NCBI GenBank assembly: GCA_045837725.1
Contig: JBEWZL010000209.1
Span: 496,001-560,000 of the forward strand
DNA: 64,000 nt
DNA from: Vermamoeba vermiformis
Taxonomy: Eukaryota
Direction: 5' to 3'
Part shown: positions 42,754 through 52,968 of the stretch, in pieces
Position numbering within the stretch: position 1 is the first letter of the stretch
Layout: the number at the start of each line of letters is the position of its first letter
Translations under genes and position numbers: made by a program
The notes under the pieces: model-generated
What the model was told of the DNA's origin: nothing
Database searches by the model: none
The model's input: only the letters and a program-made list of their open reading frames with translations

Positions 42754-43039
42754 TATGCATCGATGTAAATATGAGGCTTAGCTCAACACATGGCCTGACA
42801 AGGGAGTTTCGAAGAATTGACGGAGATGGGGTGCATAACAAATCTTTCAACAAACCATTATAGACCACGGGTAAGATTTAGTTACACATTAGAATCCATG
42901 ACATTCTATTCTCGCTCAAAAATTTAAGTGTTATTCTATTCTCCGAAATTCGCTGCCAATTTTCAAAAGGCGGGCTCAAAATCATTTTTAAATTATCTTC
43001 TGCGCGTACTACCTCATTCCTTTCTTTGCATTCTATTAA

Positions 43040-44255
43040 ATGGAGACCAAGAGAAACAAATTATTGTATAAAGCTAGCGTGGCTGGCTTACAACGCGATC
43101 TGGTCTGTCAAAAAAATATTGAAAATAATAGAAAAACTAATTCTTTCTAATTCTTAGTTCGAGCCATGGTGCAACCGTATCACCCCTGTTCAGCTCGATA
43201 CTGCCTACGACTTAATTTCCGAATTTATCTGCCTGAGATCCCGATCTGTTTCGCCTATTTTCAAAAAGAATCCACGCAAATACTTCAAGCACCTTGGATT
43301 CATCCATGACGCCATTGTGGAGCTCATTCCACTCGCTAGAAAGTTCAAGCATCTCTCTTGCCTCCAAATAGCACTCAACTTTGCTCGATCCAGATTTCTT
43401 CGAAAACGCAAGTACAGATGTCAGACCGATCTGGATTGCTGGAGGCCAATCGAGCTTGAAGAACCGAAGCCTCATATTACCTTCACCGATCCTAACATAG
43501 ACCCGAAGCCTCTGCAAACACACGTGTACAATTGCGCCAATTTTGCTACCTTGTCAGCTAACATTGACAAGCTCAGCAAAGTAGCTCAAAAAGAGAAGAG
43601 ACGGTTGCTCTTTCATGGCACGACTTGGACTAAAGCCGCGTCTGTTGCTAAAGGCATCAACATCGACTGTGCCTTGCCTCACTCGGAGTTTTCAGTTAGC
43701 AGTGCGTTTTACCTGACCGACGATTGGCACCAAGCACACTTGCACGCCATGTCTAAGACTACCATATATGGTTATGACGACCCTGCGGTAGTTCTTTATG
43801 CCGTGCCCGAAGCCTACTTTGACAACCGAGAAGCGCACGTGAAACTGCAAGAAGATCCGCAGCTGTGGCAAACTGTCGTGCAGCGCTGTCGCAATCCGAC
43901 TGACACTCAATGGAAGGACCAATGGGAGGAGTTTGCTAATGATTACGAATCACTGGAAGGACCCGTCCCCGCACCTGAGGATGCCGATCCAGATGCCGAT
44001 CCGAAACCGAAGAGAAACTCGTGGCAACTGGCAATTATTAGCGACAGAGGTGCTGCGCGACTAGACAAAACCTTAACAGGTATTGTAGTTTGGGGAGACT
44101 ATCCTGTTGTTGTTTCAAAGCCGACAATGGTTGCGCCACATTTGGCTCCGCCGGTCGTTCATGAACCAAAAAATCACGTGCCAGAAGTCATTGACGTTGA
44201 CATGAACGAACAAGCTTCACCAATCACAACGCCGAAGAAGATTGCCGTGCAGTAA
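43040..44255 (+). CDS. ADP-ribosyltransferase-fold protein, DUF3990-like, one 5' intron
   Basis: LLFHGTT...EFSVSSAFYLTDDWHQAHLHA...YESLEGPV...WQLAI pattern. An upstream exon from 43040 splices in frame. Confidence 0.65.
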
Positions 44256-44623
44256 TAGAACAGTCGCAATTCGGTGCGGTCAACGAGTCATTGTTTCAAC
44301 TTTACTAATATATTTTTGTAATTTCGTTATCAAATTAAAAAGGTTTTCTTCGATATGAGCGTTCAGTGGCACTCTGCTCGTTGTCCAACCATAACTTCGG
44401 AATTCACAAAAATCTTAATGCAAGTTTCGAGAGATTATTGAGCGGTTTCTTATGCATGATCACTTATGCTACGTCATAGTGGTTGTTTTTTTGGCGGAAG
44501 GTGCTCGGCATGAGGGCACATTTAAGCATGCTGCCGTGACAACTGTCAACTTCGGACAAATTTAACTGCTTGATTCGGTTTTCGTTCAGTTGACATTTTG
44601 TTTGTTGTTCGATATGACACAAG

Positions 44624-47184
44624 ATGCAGCAGTCCTTACACGTTAGATTTATATTTCAACTGTCGATCCCTTTGCACGGAGATTTCCAAGGAGCTTACTC
44701 ATTCAACATCGCTTCAGATGGCATTGGTATTATCGTAAAGAACCAAAACTCGTTGGATGAATGGTATTATCAAGTTCAACTCTTATCTTGCGATGGAGAC
44801 ACGGAGCTGGATGCGACAAAAGGTCTTACTTGGCCAAAACGAAACCTTTACGTTTTACAGACCAAAGAAAATACACAAATAGAAGGATTAGTGCTCAGAT
44901 TGAAGATAATCCATGGCACATTTGATTTTAGAAAAGTGAAAAGGCGAGCGATCAGATTTAACGTAAACTGCTTCCAGGCTGGCGCATTTATTGGCCGAGG
45001 AGCCTCTGAAATTTGTCAATTGCTTCCAAAGAAAAGAACAGCTGGCGATTCAGACGTCAATGGAGAAGGTAAATTATTTAACTACGAAATAATTATTTCT
45101 GGACACTCATCTAGGTGCATATCTTTTATTGGTCTCAAAGTTTCTCTTAGACAATTATTTCTTTCTATTTTTACGTTTAAAAAGTTCATTTTACTTGATT
45201 TCGCTTGGATCAGATCGAGGAATCTAAAACCATTCTCCGACAGTGCTTGTACCTATCATATGGTCTCAAAACAATGAAACGCAACAAGAACTGCCTCTTT
45301 TTCAGCCATTGCCACTCAAAAGCGAACAAACAGACGAGTTTCCTTCGAGCGACGAAGAACGACCACAGAAACGACAACGACTTGATCCACCTGGCCAACA
45401 ATCACTCCTATCAGAAGACAGCGCTTCGCCTCATGAAATACACAATACTGTTCCCGAGAACTACGATGTGGGTATGGTCTATGAGTCACCAGTCGAGGAA
45501 TCAGCCGATGCCGAACTATCACCTTACTACGCCCACCAAGAGAATACAGAGCTCATTTCAAATATGTAAGCACAATAACAATGCTTAGATAGGCGCCTAC
45601 TAACATTTTGTGATAGTAACTTGATGAATTATAGCGATGAGACATCGCCACATGACTTGCTAATGGCACGTGAACACACTGAGCAATACATGGTACTCTA
45701 CAACGGCAATGCTGAAGTCGTGGGCAACTTCAGAGCACTCAACTTCTACAAGGCATCTGATATCAATATCAAAGAAGACATTAGATTGCTCGTTGAAGGT
45801 ACGTGTGACGCGATCTGTGTGGATCCACTTTAAATTTTCTAATCCGTTGCGTGTGACAGATCGCGACCCACGCAACGTTATTCTGAAGATTGATGGCGTC
45901 GAATACAAGTTCAAAGACAATGTTCAGCACTCAACAAACAAACGATTCGTTGGTTACATTGCACAACAAATCGAAAGTGTTGTTCCTGAAGCAGTTCAGT
46001 TGATCGATGGCATTCTTCATGTGGACTACGAGTCATTGATTCCATATCTCAGTGAATCGATCAAACAGATCCGCAAGTTGTTGGACTCGTTGTACGCAGA
46101 GTTCATTTCAAAGCAACCGAACAAAGGCGAGAAATCAAAGAAGACACCAAGCACTGTACGAACACAAAGTCGAAGACGTGTGTGGCTGATCCCTGCGATC
46201 CTCGTACCTTTGGTCTTTGTGCTCGGAGCAGCAGTTGGTATCTTCTTTATGGTCAACTCTCACGGCCTCACGCCATACACTCCACCAGGTCACATAACGC
46301 CACTTACCAATGTTAGCGAGCCTCTAATCAACACCCCTGTTAACCTGCCACCTTCAAGCCCTGACAGAGATGTGTTGATGAAGTTGTTCGTGGCATTGAA
46401 CGGTACTAATTGGTTGCGCAAAGATGGATGGGGCAATGCATCTTCTGTGTGCACATGGAAAGGCATTACTTGTTCAAAAGACCGTGTTACAGGAATACAC
46501 TTAGCGAACAACAATCTGGTCGGAACTTTGCCTGAAGAACTCGGACAGTTGGAAATCATGACCCTCGATCTCGCTGATAACGATTTGCAAGGCTCAATTC
46601 CGGAGTCTGTTTGGTCTTTGGGATCGTTAGATGAGGTTGTAGTGAGCAACAATAAGAACCTCACCGGCACTCTCCCTTCGACATTCCGTGGTGAAACGCT
46701 CGAGTTGGCCGGCTGCAACTTTCAAGGCACAATTCCCCCGAATTTCTTCACTGGACGATTGTATTCGGTCAACATTTCGTCAAACGCACTCGTCGGAACG
46801 ATCCCTGAAATTCCTTTTAGCCGTAAAATTCCAGGCTACTTGGATCTTTCGCACAACAGATTGACAGGAAGTATTCCGTCACTGTTCGTCCTTGGCAATC
46901 TTTTCTTATCGTACAATCAACTCTCGGGCAATTTGTCTGCGCTTTTTTTGAGCCATGTGACGATGAATGGACTGGATTTGAGCCACAACAATCTGGAAGG
47001 AGATTTTTACTTGCCTGTAGACACTCCGATGTACAACATACTCGATGTATCATACAACAAGTTCAGCTCCTGCACGTACAAATTGTATGCCAGCGCAGTG
47101 AACTATTGCGATGCCTCGCAGAACGAGTTCAAATGTCCAATCCCGAAATGGTTGAAGAATGAATGTCGTGCCACATGCAACTGA
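44624..47184 (+). CDS. MYRF-like membrane protein, copy 1: beta-rich N-domain + peptidase S74/ICA autocleavage domain + TM + LRR ectodomain (4 exons)
   Basis: GNAEVVGNFRALNFYKA-SDINIKEDI (S-D-x3-K), GYIAQQIESVVPEAV, VDYESLIPYLSESIKQ; TM VWLIPAILVPLVFVLGAAVGIFFMV; LRR cap WGNASSVCTWKGITC and plant-type LRRs (LDLSHNRLTGSIP). Introns at ~45069-45243, ~45566-45616 and ~45799-45859. Confidence 0.85.
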
Positions 47185-47359
47185 CCATGAAATGTAATTA
47201 CAATGTAAATACTCGTTTAAACAAACACTTTGCTAAGCTTACTGGAGAGCTTTCTTCATCTTCATTTAAGTAACTTTTTTTAGATCTAATTTGCACTACC
47301 CCTTATCAGTAAATTAACACCTTATTAATTGCTAATGTACATTTTATTTCGATTTTTTG

Positions 47360-50300
47360 TTACTGAGCTGCAGCATTGTTCGAGGGAACCAAGTGCCACA
47401 ATCGAATGTCAGTACCACATGATGCCATAATATAATCAGTACTAAATAATACATCGTTAGTTTATCGCCAACATAATGATTTATTCTTATTATTACCTCT
47501 TGGCGCCCAGATCGTGCACCATCAAAGTCGAGTGCAACATGTTCAAGTCCAAGTGATGCAAATTCAGATCCAAATCGACACCTAATTGCTTGAAAGTAAC
47601 TTCTGTGTGGCACTTCTCGCTGTTGTAACCCCATACGCGCAATGCAGTGAAATCACTAGACAGATCCGGTTAGCTACGGTTCGGATGTGGTTTCAAAAGA
47701 AAAACTTACCTAGCCGTATGGCTTAATGTCATAACATTAGCGAGGGCATCAAATTTGAGCGCAACAATTCGTTCCTTATTGACGGGGTTGTTATCTAACG
47801 AAAAATTAGAACGAACTGGCTACTTTCCAAATATGGTAATCGTACCAATATACAAGCCAGGCCATTCAACACCCGCACCTCGAATGTTCCACTCGCGTAT
47901 GACACCATCCTTGGAGGCAGATATGATCACGTGACCGATGGAGTCGAAGCACGTGATCTCATCTTGGTGTCCTTCAAGTGTTGCCGTGCATTGGTTGGTG
48001 CGCGAGTCCCACAACTTGAGCACGTGGTCGAGACCTGCACTGATAACCACATTCTCCGTCACTTTAACGCTCGATACACCTCGTCGATGTCCCTATATAT
48101 ACGGATTAACACAGCCCTTATATTACTAGTAACGCGAGCACATACCTTCAAAGTGCCGACAGCAGTGCCGCGCTCAATGTCCCAGATCTTTACGTTGCCG
48201 TCCAATGACCCACTGATCACGTGATTGCTGAGTTCAGTGTCGGTAGCAAATGGTGCGCATAAACTCGTGACCGTGTGCTCGTGGCCTTCAAACACTCTGC
48301 TGCACTTGCGCGATCTGCCTTCCAAATCCCACACGCGAATGGTCTTGTCAGCGGAGCCCGAGAATAGCATTCTCTCGCCAGGCATGAGTGCCAGACATTG
48401 CACGGAGCCCGTGTGACCTTTGAACGAGTGACTCACTGGCTTTGTAGCGCGTTTGCTGTTGCGCAAGTTGCCTAACTCCCATACTTTGATCTTCTTGTCC
48501 TCAGAGCCTGAAATCAGCTTCTTCCCTTTCTGTACGAGAAAATAAAGTGTAAGTAACGATTTCAATAGAAAATTCGTTTTGTATTCGGATTTACCTGATG
48601 CAACAAGACGCAATGTGTTTGCTTGTTATGGCCTTTGAATGACATAGCTTGTTTCAAATCTGATTGAATCCACTTGCGATCATATTCTAACAAGCCTCGG
48701 TAGAATTTTTTCCAGCGACCTGACGAGATTTAGAATCCGGATCAAAAAACGCATCTAGAACTTACCCTTTTCGACAGCATCGTTATCAAGCTGCTCTAAC
48801 TCGATGGTAGTCATCATAGTAGTGCCGCTAAGCTTCATTTGGAACTTTTCCAGCGAATCTTTTTCTACGAGTTTCGGATCTTCCGAGTGCCGCAGTTTTT
48901 TCAACTTGTTCCACCTTGATAAGCATACTTTTCGCCAAAGATAATTATCCTGGCCAACAGCATGCCAGTGCGCACAAGTCTTCAAACAATGAACAATATC
49001 CTTAATGTCCAAGAAGCTACAGACAACTATTAACACGAGCGCCAACAATGTTTAAAACTCGCTAGATCTTACCTGAATATATGCAAAGCGACTTCTCGAG
49101 GCAATAGCGATGGTTCAACTGAGGTGCGTAATGCAGAAGGTAAGGAAGCAGCAGGAACTGGCGCAGCTACGATAGTTTGAGACAGCCACGGATGTTTCAA
49201 TAAAGTGCTTGCTGTCGGACGGTCCTTCGGGTTTCTATGACAATAATAAGCGATTAAATATCTCTACTTAATCATAACATACCTAGTAAGGCATAATCTA
49301 ATGAAGTCTTTGAGCTCCGCTGAAACATCCGGGATCGCAGGCACGCGATCAGTGTGAGTGAGAGCATAAACAAACCCATAGAAATCCGTGAACTCAAGCG
49401 ACCACGGGATGACGCCGGTCACCATCTCTAAGACAGTGCAGCCGAACGACCAAATATCAGCCGGCGTCGAGTAACCATCAGGGCCGAATACCTCCTGCAG
49501 GACAAGTTTAGCTCGTGTTAATTAATATTAAAAACAGTTTAAAAGATGTGGTAACCCTAGTCGCAAAAAAGCAAAAAAGCAAAAAGATAAGAGCACAACA
49601 CCTCCGATTCCCAGGTAGTCTCCTACCCCAGTACTAAGAAGGCCTGAACAAGCTTAACTTCGCTGATCGGACGGGAAGCGGTGCATTCTTGTTAGTGTGG
49701 TCGTGCCCGAAACGCTCCGCAGCTGAGTGTTCGGGTCACCACTTACTAGCAAGAACACGAACAATTAATTGGTAACACACGTGTGCTTCGAATTTACAGC
49801 CCGCGTAACACATCAAAAAATTGGATGTAAAAACTTACCGGAGCCATGAAGTAGGGCGTGCCCGACATAGATTTCGCCAAGTTATCACGTGACACGACGT
49901 TTTGCAACGTCTTTGAAGCGCCAAAATCAGCGACCTTGACGACACCTTTCGTGTTGACCAAGATATTCGCGCCTTTGATATCGCGGTGAATAATCTTGTT
50001 GCTGTGCAAGTAGTCGAGTCCCATCAATATTTGGCGTGCATAGACACGTGTCAACTGCTCACCGAGACCACCGCCGTACTTGGCGATGATACTACTGATA
50101 GATCCACCTTCTACCAGTCTGTCAAAGGAGTTAGTAAGGTGCGCCTATATATTACACTATGGAGCCTATACATACTCTAAAAAGACGTAAATTTTGTTCT
50201 TTTCAGTCTGCGAGCCCAAGAATTTGACAATGTTCGGATGTTGCAAACTCTTCAGCAACTCTTCTTCTTGTTTGAATGATTTATATTGCTAGTCGTCGTA

Positions 50301-52373
50301 AAGTCAATATCGTGCAATCAACTAGTTCGGTAAAGCGGATCTTACCATTTCAGTTTTTGGATCGATGTAATCAGGCAGATCTAGCTCTTTTACGGCGATG
50401 AACTCGCCGTTATCGAGTAATCCTTTGTAAACACGGCCGAACGCACCCTATCATTATAATTAGCTCACTGGCTGAAAGGACGAAGCAGATCTGGTTATAA
50501 CTTACACTGCCAATGAGTTCTCCTTTACGCCAATGGAACGCTTCTTGCAACAACGGCATATCATTTACAGGGGTAGGTGGAGCTGAGCCAGTCATAGGAC
50601 TCGCTGGCTCGGTCGATTGTGAGGCTGTAGATCCGTTACTGCTCACCGAACTGATCAGGTTTTTGGGCGTCAAAGGACCGTTGTCGAGTGCTGGATTGGG
50701 CATAAAAACGTTTTTGAAGTTGTCGTTGACGGGCACCTTATTTTCACCGCCAGAATTCTTCGCGTTGAAATTTTCCACTTGTTTTTTCACCTCGCCGTTG
50801 TTCGCATCCACAATAGGCGTGGTCAATTTGTCACGCTCTGATTCGCTAATTTTCTTCATGACATCGCTGGCGCCGTATGCGTCCTCACCTTCAGTTTTAC
50901 GGCGGACTTTTTCGTACGGAATTTTACCTGGTGACTCCGTGCCATGAGGCGTACGAGGCTTGCGTGGTTTTCGTTTGTGTTCTGAGCCGGCTCTAGGCTT
51001 CTCCCTGGAACGACCTGATTCGGGTTTTTCTCGTTCGCTTTTAGCTCCTTTTCGTGGCTTTCGCGGCTTCTCTTTTTGATTGTCGTTGAAAGTGAAGGTT
51101 GGAATGGGATCCACATCCAGCTGTCCTGGTTGCAGATCGCGCCGCGGTGTAGGAGGAGGAGTCTTCTCGGGTCCACTAACGTCTACACTACCAGGAAGGT
51201 CTTCGAATGGTGAGTGCGGACGGGGTTCTTGAGGCGTGCGATCCACTCGTTCTTCAGGGTTGAAAATGATCGTGTTATTGAAAGTCGTATTAATCTTTGG
51301 TGGTGCTCGACCCTACTCGGCAAGTCAGAATAAAATTGATAAAATTCAATACGATCAAACACGTACTAAGAACTTTGGCGGTTGCTTAACTGCAGAGGAT
51401 CCGTTCTCCACATGAGTTTTATCCAACCAATTTACTTCTGGATCTGGTGTATGCGGATTACTTTCTGGCTCATCGCTTGAGTCACTGAATAATAAATATA
51501 ATTAGCATTTACTCGAATTTGAGGGTAAGATCGAGCGATCTGAAAAACTGTCACGAGTGATTCATTGGAAATTAATATTATCGCAATACTTTAGTCTGAT
51601 ATTTTAGTGAATATGCCACTTACTCCATCGAGACAGATAAGACTCTTTCATTTTCAAATGAAGATCCACCAGCAAACGTTCTAAAAATGTAAAATGAGTC
51701 CTGTAATAAAAAATCGCTTGTAAAATAAGATTGATTTGATGTGTATGCAATATTATTGCTGAAAATATAATTAAATTAGTTGCCTGATTTAATTTTCGTT
51801 TCGTAGGCACGAGATCCATCCGACCTGCCACTTTTCAAAATTGCGCCAAAAATAGGAAAATCGAATATAATATCATATGCATTAAAATTGACATATCCGA
51901 ATTATGCTCCAAATTAATTTCAGTGAAGCGTAACGGCTAAATTGCAAGTTGATCGAAATCCGCTTACTTTCTAACTGCACTAAACACTGGGCTTTTAGGC
52001 TCGATTAATTTTTGAGGCTCTCGAACAAATAATCGCAAAAACTGCTTCGCTGGAATATCTTCCAATAGCTCTGCTAAATCTAATTTTCTGCCCTCGGGTA
52101 CAGTAATTGGTGTATTCTCTGAGTCTAAATATTTGTACACGACCAATGGCTGTCCATATTCTTCTGCTATTGATTGCTGTAATTGCTCGTAACTCGCATC
52201 TCGAGGTAATTTCATCACACGATTATCCTCGTTCGGGGCCAGTCCGAATGTGCATTTTATTCGAGCCTATGATAGAGTAATTAGAAATAATAATATGCAA
52301 ATAATAATATTTTTTTGAGCGAAGTTTAATTGTTCCAGTCGGATTTCAATCGACTTACGAAATCAACGGACAT
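47360..52373 (-). CDS. mkkA: MEKK-alpha-like MAP3K: PB1 + STE11-type kinase + F-box + WD40 repeats, multi-exon
   Basis: PB1 ARIKCTFG...[13 protein letters not shown]; kinase [25 protein letters not shown]; in-frame F-box [19 protein letters not shown]40 repeats GH...WD. Architecture matches Dictyostelium MEKK-alpha. Confidence 0.85.
49590..49708 (-). rRNA. 5S ribosomal RNA gene inside an intron of the MAP3K gene
   Basis: 119 nt, GGGCACGACCACAC...CCCGTCCGATCAGCGAAGTTAAGC...TTAGTACTGGGG...TGGGAATC...GTTGTGCTCT, followed by three T-runs (Pol III terminators). Confidence 0.95.
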
Positions 52374-52882
52374 TTACGCAGCCCCAATATTCTATATTAA
52401 CCACTACGTATTGATTAATTTGCTGGCCACTAAATATACAATATATTCATATTAATATGAATATTTGTTGCCGCCTGAAGCGTGATTATTGAAAATAACA
52501 CGTCCCTCAAAAAATTCTTTCTGTGCGAAATTTTTTTTGAATAACAACAGCTGTAGGCATATATTATATCATTAGTATAATAATACGGCCATTCGTGCCG
52601 TTGTTTTCTTTGCCTTAATTGTGGCGTTATTGGCATCTGCTGATAAAATGCCCACGACTCAATTTAGGTGTGATAATCCTAACGTTGTTAGCACTTTGGT
52701 ATGTATAATTAATTCATAATATTCCACGATTAATCAAACTTTTGGAGTGCTGGATTCTTTGTTTTTTTCATTTCCGTATTTTATTATTCAGCCTTAGAAG
52801 CTAATTTTCAGACTGTCCTTCCCAACTCAACTATTGATTGGAATATTAATTATGTTAGCCCCAATGGCCAAGTAAGTCTTGA
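52297..52882. repeat. ~590-bp direct repeat, left copy (MAP3K exon 1 + bidirectional promoter + decayed sortilin exons 1-2)
   Basis: Colinear with 55528-56127 from GCAAATAATAATAT...GAGCGAAGTTT to ATGGCCAAGTAAGTCTTGA. The sortilin ATG reads ACG here (52585). Confidence 0.93.
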
Positions 52883-52968
52883 GTGAGAGAAACTCTGATG
52901 ACAATTTCTGTCTGCCCCAATTTTTAGGTGCGGAAGGAACTTTATTTTCAGTAAACAATGTCATAAAT

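Noticed and set aside
45681-46068. S74 domain as evidence of a prophage or bacterial contamination
   Set aside because: The domain is split by a spliceosomal intron and embedded in eukaryotic-style genes; no other phage genes are present.
47360-49150. Separate F-box/WD40 gene downstream of the kinase
   Set aside because: The kinase's last exon reads without a stop into the F-box; it is one MEKK-alpha-like gene with a known architecture.
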